From Tubiluchus corallicola (Eukaryota; Animalia; Priapulida), in contig JAQGDQ010000448.1 in the NCBI GenBank assembly GCA_030141605.1, positions 1-64,000 on the forward strand: a stretch of DNA of 64,000 nucleotides, given 5' to 3'. Both the position numbers and the translations under genes were made by a program. Each line of letters begins with the position of its first letter. Position 1 is the first letter of the stretch. Under the pieces are notes generated by a model. The model made no database searches, was not told the DNA's origin, and saw only the letters and a list, made by a program, of their open reading frames with translations. Shown one piece after another: positions 24,401 to 37,000 of this stretch.

Positions 24401-27400
24401 GAAATAATGCATCTAATAGTAGCATGGTTGCTGTGCCACCCTTCATTCGACTAGATCCAGCAATTGCTTCAGGCTGCAACACAATGAATCATGAAAGGAA
24501 AAAATCTTTGAATAAGACATTGTCATTTGTCGAAGCTGAAAAGTAAATTTGTCAGGAAAAAATATTGGTAGTATTATCAACTGTTTTAATTGTAATTTTA
24601 AAATTTTAAAACATATTGAGCAAATAACTTGCTTTTTTAAAAGTTTAAATTATTTAGAGTTTGCAATATTTTCTTTGAAAAAACAATACTCAAATAAGTT
24701 ATGAAAAACAGAAATTTTTCAGTTTTTTTCTATTATCAAGAAAAGGAATTACAAAAACTTAAAACAGAAAAATAAAAGTGCATGAAACCCGTCTGAAAAG
24801 CACAAAAAGTCAAAAATGTGATGCCCACCAAATTGACTTAGTGTATGGTGGTGAAAAAGTCAGAATAAGCAGCAAGAGATATCATATGAACTCTCTAGAA
24901 AAGTACCAAACAAATATTTACCCCAATTATGGGATTAATGATGAAAGCTTGACCAAATTTTTCCAGTGCTTGCAGTTCTTCAACAACTGGAAGAACAAAA
25001 GGTGTTATGCTTTGATTAAAATTATATATAACAGCATATAATTATATATTATAACAATAATTATACAAATTCCAAAAAGCATAAGCAGTCACAAAGCAAA
25101 CTAAATTGAAAAGATTTGTTAAAAGTACATTCACATTTTGCAGAACTCAAATTGGGCATTATCCAAATTGCCTACTTGACAAAAACACACACTAATTTAA
25201 ACTACCCCTAACAATGAGTTCGCCTTGCAATTCATAGTGTTCTTCAAATGCAGAAATTGTTACTTGGTAACGAAATGCCCTCTCCCAATGAATCCAAATA
25301 ATGTACTGTAAAAATAGATTAAAACTGATCTCGAAAGACCACCAATATAGAAACATTTAGCTGACAGCATAGAAGGATTGAATTTGTAGACAACTTAAAG
25401 CATATTAGACTGAAGTTAGTGTAGGCTGTTGTAGACTATTCTGGTTCACTCTGGTGGTTGAAACAAAGAATATGAAATTGTATTGAACTGTGAAAGACTT
25501 TATTTCTAGTTACATAATACACTGCTATCTACAGGAAATAAGACACGTGGTGGCCATTCAACAGAAATGCTTAAGAAGAAAAAACCTTAGCTGGCCTTAG
25601 CAGAGCTAGCCAAGTCATGTGCACCCATTGAGCTCACCTAATTGGCTAATAAAACACACTATCAACACTAGTATATACGTAAAGCCCAACAGGTACAGGT
25701 GGCTGAGTAGTACTGACCAAGGCCACAACCTGGATTAAATTTGACTAAGTTCAAAAATAAACAATTTTAAAATGTAGGTGGCAGCACATATTAAATTATT
25801 ATTGTAGTACTTTAAATTAAGAATCGCAAATGAAAATGTGCGAAAACCAGTAAATTTAGTCATCCAGCTTTTTGCAGAACTTAAGTTCAGTAATATGTTC
25901 TTTGCCTAACAATGGTGATAACAGTAATGGTGGCAGCGATGATGCAGCAACAAAACAAACATTTAAGATGGTTGATTCACATTACCAAATATAACAGCAT
26001 ATTTTGTTAAAAAAGAAAGGGAAATACAAAAAGATAACTGTGATACTAAAGTAAATAACAAAACACAGAAGTACCTCTCAAGAAGGTTTTGTCCCAATTC
26101 TGAATGTGTGTATTTCTAATCAAAACAAAAAAGTCATGCAAGAAAAAACTAAACACAACATGTTACAACAAGAAATTTGTTGGGTTGAAAAAATAATTAA
26201 AAGTAAAGCATACTGTACAGTGGTTAACTTTACATTATTTGTATGAATCTGAAAAGTAATTACAAGCTCACTGGTGGACCAGTTTAAGCTCAATTTTGCA
26301 AAGTATTATAGCTTTTCAACAATTAAAAAATATTAAAAAAACTAACCTAATAAATAAACCTGAATAAAATGCAAAATGTTAACAGTTAATCACAGAAACA
26401 ATCAAGAATTAGTGATTACCTACCAATAGTTTACTGGTAGTCAGAAATCTAATAAACGGTAATACCATGGCATTAATTTTTTTATAGAGCTGGCGCACTG
26501 CAAGATGGAATCGAGCTATCAAGGGCAGACTTCCTAGTATTAATATTAAATTGTTGCAGCAGGATTGGAATCTATCTAACCATTAAGAATAATCCTATAG
26601 GACGAGACTATGAATTGACATGATGTCTTAATAATGTAGGAATGTACATATATCTTCACTTAACAAGAGAAATAGCCAGAAGCAGTATAGCATACTGAAT
26701 ACTAACATTTCAGCTTGAAGTATAAAAAATTTGCAAACAAGTAGAAAAAACTAGACAACCATTTATACCTTGCCATGAAACATGGGTTGAAGCCAATAAG
26801 AACTGGGACAAACTTGTCTAAATGTCGCATGCAGTAATCAAGTTGTCCAGCTACGTAAGGAGCCGATAACCCACAACTGATGCCAATGAAAAGAACTTTT
26901 TCTGCATTTGCTGACACCTGTACTTAAACAGAAAACACAAAATTCAGCTCAAAAACACAATGTACTTAAAATTAAATGAAGCGATTGTTCTTTCTGCTTA
27001 TCAAATAGCTAGGAATGATCTGAAGGCTGCATACTTGCTTGGCAATCCCTTTGAGTTACGTTTACATCTGTATAGCAATAGATGTAATTTTGTTACTGCA
27101 TTGCTTTACATCTACTTGATGTATACATGCAGTGCATTCACAGGCAAATCCAAGGTTGTTATAATTTGCATTTAATTAAGTCCTAATTTAATTGAACATC
27201 TGAGCTGCACTGCCACAATCACCCGTTCTTACATGTAAAGATTGAGTGAACATGCTTAGGCTGAAGGCATGCTTACGTTATCTCCAGCAAACAATAATTA
27301 GCTATTGAATGAGGTGATAAATTGATAACAAAACCAAACTCCCTGTTGCAATGAGATTTTAACAAAATGCCTATTGTTCGCTAAATCTCATTGGATTTAT

Positions 27401-28853
27401 AATATTACTACCGGTTAATTCTGCTAAATTGGTACCTAGTTACCTAAATTGGTAACTCCAACTTCTGTAATCTCATATCAGATCTCAAATCACAAATCCT
27501 TGATACAGAAACACATACAACCCACGTTTTATGTAACTCTTAGTCATTTGAGAAATTCCTGTCATATTTACAATACGCAGTGGTCGAATATCATGTTCGC
27601 GATGAGGAGGTTACCCTTTTCGGGTATACACTCTAAAAGCCCCACTCATAACAAACGGGTAGTCATTTGTGAAATGACACACCCATACCAATGATATGCG
27701 TCGAAAATCCTCTTCCTGATGAGGTCGTTATTTCGTCACGGGCTCTTGGACTATTTAATCCCACTGCATAATCTTCAAACTACGAGTTTGATAATCGCAG
27801 TATTATAAGTAAATTTGAAATTTGATGCGTTTCATCAAGCACAATATCAATGTGTTTCGTGAGCAGCTAATGTGGACATTTTTTTCTATAAAAAAGTCAA
27901 AAATTTTAAAATACCTTTACCAAATCTTCTGCACCAGCATGTGGACTATCTTCCTTACTCTCGTGCGGTATAAATAATGCTCTAAAAGCACAAATTATTG
28001 TAGAAAAGGACATCAAAACTTCAAAAGCAAACGCTGAATGCCTTTTTAGTTTTATAACAGATTGTTCATTTTTTTGAGGAGCCTTCACCTTAATGAGATT
28101 CGTCAGCTGAAAATTACAGACAAAATGCAAAAGTATGTAAAAAAAGACAGAAAATTAGAAACAAAAACATCATAGATTTAAAATAATAACAAGTTAGGAA
28201 GAGTAGAACCGACTGCATGGGAAGAAAAAAACAAGCACTATACAACAAGTCTTGCCAGAACAAAAGCTAATTAAACAAAGTAAAAAAGAATAAATTGAGA
28301 TTCCTGAATAGATTGCTCTGCTAACTAGAGAGTGAGGTTTATAATATAGGGAGGTTTATAAACACTAAACACATATAAGTGATTACAGTGAGAGGTACAT
28401 AAAATTGAATGATTGTAGTGGGTTACACTAAATAAATGACACTTGAACCTAAATCAAATAAAAATCATACTTGTGAAAGAGGAGAAAGAAAGATTGTAGT
28501 ACAAAGTTTGACTAACAATTTAGAGTTAAAATGCTAAATGTTAAATAATCTGTTATGAGACTATAAAGAACATTCATCATTTTACTTATGTTAAAGATGG
28601 CAAGTCTCAGGAGAGCTCTCTCATGTTTTATTTAACAAGTAAACTTATGATATACAATTTCATAATGACTGAGGAAACTAATTAATCAATCTTACACTCA
28701 GGTTCCTAAACACATCAAAAAATTTTATTTTACCATGCTAATTTCTAATAACAGAAGAATCAATAGCAAAATCTGTACAATGTACCTGTCATTTCCTGCA
28801 CAAATATAATGAATGGACTCCCTTGTCGCAGGAAATCTGTTCTTAATTTCGGT
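18866..28853 (-). CDS. GCKR: Glucokinase regulatory protein-like, 5'-incomplete; exons 28853-28786, 27981-27915, 26917-26769, 26115-26075, 24986-24922, 24473-24271, 23683-23509, 22304-22208, (21254-21151 and 21075-20989 tentative), 20742-20549, 19826-19655, 19024-18866
   Basis: Motifs HYICAGNDR, ESKEDS, IGISCGLSAPYVAGQLD, LIGFNP..MAR, PIIGPEAIAGSSRMKGGTAT, DASECPPTFGA..DVRGFL, HVLKGKTFQNIMVDLKIGNTKLYKRA and IVPVAIL. The N-terminal exons (SGxGTSGR region, start codon) were not found. Confidence 0.85.
19949..19979. repeat. (TA)n microsatellite (mirror ~38458-38488)
   Basis: Pure TA run of about 15 units. Confidence 0.9.
21423..21470. repeat. (CA)n microsatellite with CG-variant flank (mirror ~36967-37014)
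   Basis: gcacgcacgcgcacgcaaa(ca)n. The flank differs slightly between the arms. Confidence 0.9.
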
Positions 28854-29316
28854 CTGTAAAGCGAATTATTATTTTTTAAAACACTGCCCATCTAAAACAA
28901 AGCTGTAACACTAAAATCAACAATGCTGACAATAACTGATGTAATCTATTTTCATATATTAAGCAACAGGTGCAGTGGCCTAAACCTGTAAGTGTGAGAT
29001 AAATAACTATGTTAGTTCAAATTTATTATCAGCATGACTTTTACTGGACTACAAGGCCACATTTACTGACTTAATGATAGGTATTGAAATTCAAACTAGC
29101 TGTACAAGTAATAGTACAATAGTTATTAGTTTGTTATAATTATTGAGATTTTGATGAGATACAGAAATGATGAGCGCATGATTGATCATCATTATGAGTT
29201 TATTACCCTCATGATGAAGTGATGGCATGCAACTTGTGCTAGCATGAGGCAGCAATACAACAAAAATAATTTCATTATGGATTAGATCTACAACACACTA
29301 CATGCAATGAAGAGTT
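26386..29316. other. Unique spacer of the inverted duplication
   Basis: No mirrored counterpart. Contains three GCKR exons on the minus strand only. Confidence 0.9.
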
Positions 29317-30465
29317 CTGTTAACACTTCAAATTTTATTCAGGTTTATTTATTAGGTTAGTTTTTTTAATATTTTTTAATTGTTGAAAAGCTATAATACT
29401 TTGCAAAATTGAGCTTAAACTGGTCCACCAGTGAGCTTGTAATTACTTTTCAGATTCATACAAATAATGTAAAGTTAACCACTGTACAGTATGCTTTACT
29501 TTTAATTATTTTTTCAACCCAACAAATTTCTTGTTGTAACATGTTGTGTTTAGTTTTTTCTTGCATGACTTTTTTGTTTTGATTAGAAATACACACATTC
29601 AGAATTGGGACAAAACCTTCTTGAGAGGTACCTCTGTGTTTTGTTATTTACTTTAGTATCACAGTTATCTTTTTGTATTTCCCTTTCTTTTTTAACAAAA
29701 TATGCTGTTATATTTGGTAATGTGAATCAACCATCTTAAATGTTTGTTTTGTTGCTGCATCATCACTGCCACCATTACTGTTATCACCATTGTTAGGCAA
29801 AGAACATATTACTGAACTTAAGTTCTGCAAAAAGTTGGATGACTAAATTTACTGGTTTTCGCACATTTTCATTTGCGATTCTTAACTTGAAGTACTACAA
29901 TAATAATTTAATATGTACTGCCAACTACATTTAAAATTGTTTATTTTTGAACTGAGTCAAATTTAATCCAGGTTGTGGCCTTGGTCCGTACTACTGAGCC
30001 ACCTGTACCCGTTGGGCTTTACGTATATGCTAGTGTTGATAGTGTGTTTTATTAGCCAATTAGCAGTGGCGTCGTGCCATAGGGGCCCGGGGCCCCCCAA
30101 TTTTCTTTAGAAAATGTCAAAAATTTGAAGGGCATCAGCGGCTCGTAATGAGACCGGTAAGCAAATTTATTTCCGACTTTTTGACACGCGGCCAGCGCTC
30201 CATAAATGCGAACAGTATGAGCATGAGTATGTGTTTACCTGAAAGTCAGGATGTAGTTAATTTGTTTGCCTGTAATCTATCTATTCAGGAGGCAGGCAGG
30301 AACAATTAACAAAGCAGCTCGTTGAGCAGCATTAGCGTCTTTGCACAAAAGACTGTTAGTTAACAAAACGGCTCAGTTAGCACTCGAGCTTCGTTCAGCA
30401 GTGTGTTATAATAGAGAATAAGTGAAATAATAGAGCAAAAACAATGCAAACATTGAAGTCATGTT

Positions 30466-30559
30466 GAGCTAGCCTAGCACCAGAGAGTCAGTTTGTCGAG
30501 CTAGCCTAGTACCAGAGAGTCGGTTTGTCGAGCTAGCCTAGTACCAGAGAGTCGGTTTG
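30466..30559 (+). repeat. 32-bp tandem repeat, ~3 copies, inside the hAT 5' region
   Basis: GAGCTAGCCTAGYACCAGAGAGTCRGTTTGTC units start at 30466, 30498 and 30530. Confidence 0.9.
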
Positions 30560-30754
30560 GGAGATACCAATTGATGAGCCACGGCTCAGCCACCTCCTGA
30601 TTGGACATTAACGACTCTTTGCTACTCCTTAGTGACTCTTTCCCACGAGTTTGCTGCATAAAAGGGCGTGATTTTGAGCACATTTCATCATTTTTCTGCT
30701 GCTAGGAAAATCTTTGCTAGTTTTCGCTGCGATTTTAGCTATATTTCTTAAACG

Positions 30755-32561
30755 ATGTCAAGGCAGTCCAATCTGACTTCATTTTTCAAGTCCAACCGTG
30801 TTCCCGACCCAGGTTCTACGGCGTCTGTATCTACTGTAACGTCGATTCCAACAGAATGAATCCAAAAGGATGAGTACATCCGTCGCGGGCCATTGCAGGA
30901 CGTAGTGGATGCATACCCAAAGACCAAAATGGGAGGAAAATCGAGATCATTTCAGGGTCAGTGGTTCAACGATAGGTCCTGGTTGGAATACGTAAAGGAT
31001 ATTGATGCTGCATTCTGTTTCCCGTGTCATGTGTTTGGCGCATCGACTTACGACGTGACGTTCCAAAAGACAGGATTCAGAAATTGGCATCGAGCGTTGG
31101 AAAGTAATAAAGGCTTCGACAAACACTCTAAATCTGCGGAGCATCAAGCCTGCATGCAGTCTTGGCAAGCATTTTTGACGAAACCACCCATCGATGCAGT
31201 ATTAGATGCAGAGAGGAAGAGGCTGTTGGAGTTGGGCGACTCTGATCGGCAGAGACGACACGACATTCTCCCTATACTTGTGGATGTTACAAAGACGCTA
31301 GCAAGACTCCGATTACCATTCCGCGGTCACGACGAGTCTGAAGATTCTGACAATAAAGGAGTGTTCATGGAGATCACAAATCTTCTCTCTCGATGGAACC
31401 CTGACCTGGCTACACACCTCGCCAAGTCAAGTGCCAATCCAAAGGGATACCCCAGCTACACGTCTCCCAGTTCTCAGAACGATTTGATTAAGTGCAGCGC
31501 TGATGTGATCCGTTCTGGAATTATCAAGGACGTAAAGGCAGCCAAGTATTTCGCCGTGTGCTTGGACACTACACCAGACACGAGCAAGCAAGATCAACTC
31601 TCAGTCATTCTCCGTTATGTCGATAAAAGTGGAGGCGTGCACGAAGATTTTTTAGACCTTGTCCATTCTGAGGACATGACTGCTGCAGGACTGTTCAACG
31701 ATCTACAGAAGGTTCTCGAAGCACATGGGCTCGAGATGACAAATATCCGAGGACAAGGATACGACGGCTGCTCAACGATGTCAGTCACTCCAGAGCAAAG
31801 AACTCAATGTGCCCTCAGCAGTGCTTCTCATCCAAGCCTTAATTAAAGAGACTGCAGCAAAGCGAACGGTGAATGACTTCGAAAAGTACTGGAAGATTGC
31901 ACAAGAAATAGCTGAGAGCATTGGGGTGGAGTACAGTGAGCCACGTCGTTGCAAAGTCTCGAAAAGAATTGACGAGTACTGGCAAACAGAGGCAACGCAA
32001 ACCGGTGTTGATTCTCTCCGAACAGCTCTGTTCTATGAGACCATCGACCTGATGACAAGTGCATTGAACTCTAGATTTGGTCTGATGTCATTCCGTTGCT
32101 ACTGTCAACTGACTGTCTGATCAACCCATCAACATCACCTGCAAAGATGGAGAAAGTCAAAACTCTTTGCACTTGCAAAGATGGAGATGGCTGATCTCGA
32201 TGAAGAAACCCTCGAGTTGGAGTACCGCTTGTTCACTCATGCTGTCACTGCAGACTCTGTTCCTGAACATGTCAACACAAACTGCATTCACTCAATATAC
32301 TGTTATATGACTTCTGGACTGGACAAACTTTTCCCAATGATCTCCATCGCATACCAGTTGATTCTGACTCTGCCCGTTACATCTTGCTCTTGTGAGAGAT
32401 CCTTTTCTGCTCTTAAATTTGTCAAGAATGCTCTCCGCAGTACTATGAGTCAGACACGACTGAGTGACCTGATGATCCTTGCAGTTGAAGCTGAGAAAAC
32501 AAAGAATGTGGACTTGAAGTCTGTGGTTGAGCTCTTCTGGAGTGATGTTCTGCGTCGATAG
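30755..32561 (+). pseudogene. Disrupted hAT transposase (TTF-type zinc finger, DUF4371-like core, hAT dimerisation domain)
   Basis: MSRQSNLTSFFK start with an in-frame TGA at 30857. Motifs RSFQGQWF..WLEY..AAFCFPC, LPFRGHDE, YTSPSSQN, LDTTPD..DQLSVILRYV, RGQGYDG and LTLPVTSCSCERSFSALK..LRSTMSQTRL. Split over ORFs 30893-31846, 31809-32120 and 32181-32561. Confidence 0.9.
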
Positions 32562-35500
32562 TTCTGCGTCGGATTCCTGACAGCTGATAAATACTTAATT
32601 AAATTTTAATTTAATTTTTAGTTTTAATTAAGTTTCCTTTACTATAGCTTTAAGTTAAATGTCATGTTAAATAAATCGTTTTTCTTGCACGCAAAATACT
32701 GTTTATTTTTTTCAAAATTAAATTTTCAAAATTTAAAATTCAAATTTAAACAGTTAAAATCCACCATTATAGTCCCCCCCCCAATTTTTTTGGGTGCACG
32801 ACGCCCCTGCCAATTAGGTGAGCTCAATGGGTGCACATGACTTGGCTAGCTCTGCTAAGGCCAGCTAAGGTTTTTTCTTCTTAAGCATTTCTGTTGAATG
32901 GCCACCACGTGTCTTATTTCCTGTAGGTAGCAGTGTAATATGTAACTAGAAATAAAGTCTTTCACAGTTCAAGACAATTTCATATTCTTTGTTTCAACCA
33001 CCAGAGTGAACCAGAATAGTCTACAACAGCCTACACTAACTTCAGTCTAATATGCTTTAAGTTGTCTACAAATTCAATCCTTCTATGCTGTCAGCTAAAT
33101 GTTTCTATATTGGTGGTCTTTCGAGATCAGTTTTAATCTATTTTTACAGTACATTATTTGGATTCATTGGGAGAGGGCATTTCGTTACCAAGTAACAATT
33201 TCTGCATTTGAAGAACACTATGAATTGCAAGGCGAACTCATTGTTAGGGGTAGTTTAAATTAGTGTGTGTTTTTGTCAAGTAGGCAATTTGGATAATGCC
33301 CAATTTGAGTTCTGCAAAATGTGAATGTACTTTTAACAAATCTTTTCAATTTAGTTTGCTTTGTGACTGCTTATGCTTTTTGGAATTTGTATAATTATTG
33401 TTATAATATATAATTATATGCTGTTATATATAATTTTAATCAAAGCATAACACCTTTTGTTCTTCCAGTTGTTGAAGAACTGCAAGCACTGGAAAAATTT
33501 GGTCAAGCTTTCATCATTAATCCCATAATTGGGGTAAATATTTGTTTGGTACTTTTCTAGAGAGTTCATATGATATCTCTTGCTGCTTATTCTGACTTTT
33601 TCACCACCATACACTAAGTCAATTTGGTGGGCATCACATTTTTGACTTTTTGTGCTTTTCAGATGGGTTTCATGCACTTTTATTTTTCTGTTTTAAGTTT
33701 TTGTAATTCCTTTTCTTGATAATAGAAAAAAACTGAAAAATTTCTGTTTTTCATAACTTATTTGAGTATTGTTTTTTCAAAGAAAATATTGCAAACTCTA
33801 AATAATTTAAACTTTTAAAAAAGCAAGTTATTTGCTCAATATGTTTTAAAATTTTAAAATTACAATTAAAACAGTTGATAATACTACCAATATTTTTTCC
33901 TGACAAATTTACTTTTCAGCTTCGACAAATGACAATGTCTTATTCAAAGATTTTTTCCTTTCATGATTCATTGTGTTGCAGCCTGAAGCAATTGCTGGAT
34001 CTAGTCGAATGAAGGGTGGCACAGCAACCATGCTACTATTAGATGCATTATTTCAACAGCTGACCTACAAGCAAAAGCTGTCATTGTGTGATTATATGAA
34101 AGAGACCGCATTGTCTCTAAAAAGTCTTTACTGTGAATCTAATGTTGAAATACTGGGAAACATTGTGCAAATTGCTGGTGACTGGTATGTTAGTAATGAC
34201 ATTTTTTGTTCATTTGTAAATACTTTGGTTCTGAATGTTAAGGCAAGGGTTTATTTCTGCCCTGGGTGCTCAAAATATAATAGAAGAATTTTTTAAGTTG
34301 TTGCACTGTAGTTACTCTTATATTCAAGCTGATATTGAGATTTTATAATTTACCAAGAAATTATGCATAATTTTTGTACTAGCTATTGTACAAATGATAC
34401 AAATGATAATACAAATGATAATTTTGGACGATAGACTGTTGTAAAATCAACAATTTCATTTTTCTTTATGCTTTTTAATATTAGAGAATTTTCACTATAA
34501 AATGTTACAAGTTATGTAGCTGTAAAAAGCATAAACAAGTAATATTTTGTACGCATACAGGCTGACTTATAGATATGAGTGTTGTATAGCTATTGCATCA
34601 TCATATGACTAATGATGTTGATTATCTGTAACAGGCAGCAACTAAGAGATCGGAACTATGTTTTGAAAGTCACCATCACGACTATGTTTACTTTTGAACT
34701 TTAGCCTTGTAAACCAAATTTCTAATGCATATTTTGATTGCTTATACTAGCTTCTTTTTAATTTCTGGCAGTTTGAACGCAGAAGGGCATTTATACTATA
34801 TCGGATTTGGCAGTCTTGGGAAGCTAGGTTTGATTGATGCCTCCGAATGCCCGCCTACATTTGGTGCAGATGCGAATGATGTTCGGGGATTTCTCTATGG
34901 CGGATGGTCATCATTCGGTAACAAGGAGGGTGATCTGTCTGAACTTGTAAGTAAGCTGCTTAAATGTGTTCAGCAGGTGCATGTATAACATATAGTGATA
35001 TTGTTCTGATATCCTAGTGCATTATAAAAGTTGGATATATTATGTGAAATAATCCAATTACAAAATCGTCAAATTATTGTTTGTAATACTGACTTTTCTA
35101 TCATAGGTGCAGCTTAGTTTTTTATATCATATCAGTCATCATATCACATATAACTAAACCTGATAAATGAAGGCTATTTTTTAATTCTTGGCTGTTTTCT
35201 TTATCAAAGACAGGGACATTATTAAGTTGGGGTGCAATTCTAGACTTATATTAGTAATTTCAGTTCTACGAAAGACAAAGTTAACTTGTTAATTGCCAGT
35301 AGCATCTCTATACGAATATCTCTGGGTAGACTGATTTTCTCAACTGTTTCCTGTGTAGATAATAGAAAACTGTGTAGTATAGTAGAGACTTTAGAGTAAC
35401 TAGACAGTGTGCGTCAGTATTTAGGTAGTTATTAAGGGTTAGTTTTTTAAATAGGATACTGGAAAGTAAATTGTTATAAATTGTTGATCAAATTTTTTAT

Positions 35501-36963
35501 CATAGCATTTTAGTTAGGTAATAACAACTTGCAGCTTAATTAGGTAGCTGATATATTGAATATTAATTAATCCTAACAGTAAATATGTGTAATAATGCCT
35601 ATTCAGTATGTTCTTATCTTACTATATATCACATGTAAATGAAGGTTATGAAAATTAAAACTGCACAATGACCCTGTTCATTTGCTTCTAAAGTTTGACT
35701 AGAAATAGTTACATAACTCGTGTAAAATATAACACGAAAACTTGATTTCTATTTAGAATCACAGAATTTTACACGTTGCTTGTTATTTAGTTTATTTGAT
35801 TAGCTGTTATCCTAGTGAGGATAGTTATGATTTTACCACATCAGAAGGATTTGCTATGTAACATTATTGCTATGTTTTAAATATTATTTCTAGTAAGGAA
35901 AACAATAATTATAGAAGTTATAGAAGTATATTTTGTGATATTTGTTATTGTAGTATTATTGCATTCTCACTACTGTTTGACTATAAAGAGCAGATTTTGT
36001 AAATGAAGTTTGTAGTTATTATGTTGAGGTTTTGTTAGTGTACTAAAATATGTATAATCACTTGATCTGTGTCAATCAAACAGATATTGTGTATCAAACT
36101 TCTGGTACGAATTTTGGTTTATTTATTTACAGGGGCACTTATATAGGATATCCACGGACAATTTTGAGTCGGACTTGCTAAGTAGTCTGACATCTGATGA
36201 CTTTCTCATCATGCTAATTGAAGATTTAGGTACATTGGTTTTAATATACTACTGGCTATATTTTTCTACTGATATCACTGGTATATGACAAATCTGTTAG
36301 TTACACTACTAGTACACTTTGAGTTAACACCAAGATATCAGCTTACACAATAGGGAATGCTTTACACATGTCTCAGATATTCGAAACCAACATATGCGCA
36401 ATTTTGTTGCAAAACTGCACCAGGCACTAGCACCACAATACCAATGCTAGTATATTATTATCGGACACCATAATAATGATGCCACCAATGTGTCCATTAT
36501 AGATTTTGCTAGTTGTCTACTAGTATCAGCAATACATTTAATACTAAGCATCAGTAAGTTCTTGACCTTGTCTCATCCTTACAGGTAAATAATGGGAAAT
36601 CACTGCTATACCAATCATAAGTTTGCTTTTCCATGACTTTTCGTCTTATTTATCCATTTAGAAAGCCTTTATAAAATCTTGCTTCTTGCCAATAACTACC
36701 ACTTTGCCAGTGCATAGAATTCTGTTTAAAGTTTAAATAAAGTTTGGCATTTTATTTAATACTTAACCTTTGATACTTGAATTATTTGTACTGTTATATT
36801 TTCACGAAAACTTGCTGTCATTCTCATTTCATGTTGTTTCATTTCAAGAAGCAAACATCTGACTGCGTTACTACTCAAAATGCAAAATTTTGAGCAGTAC
36901 AGGAACAAATTGGATTGACTTTTGGATTGAATAAGTCTAATCTAATTGAATCTGATCTAACAA

Positions 36964-37000
<37 letters not shown>

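Larger units (their letters stand above)
3..26370. repeat. Left arm of giant inverted duplication (runs to the window edge)
   Basis: ORF-track entries of this interval recur on the opposite strand at mirrored coordinates, with near-identical translations. Coordinate sums are 58439/58440 (outer), 58437 (middle), 58455 (23.2-25.6 kb) and ~55702 (inside the hAT insertion). Confidence 0.98.
30064..32809 (+). mobile_element. hAT DNA transposon (Tip100-like), 2746 bp, defective
   Basis: TIRs CAGTGGCGTCGTGC and GCACGACGCCCCTG (13/14 match). Perfect 8-bp TSD CCAATTAG at 30056-30063 and 32810-32817. Single empty site CTAATTGG at 25638-25645 in the other arm. Confidence 0.95.
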
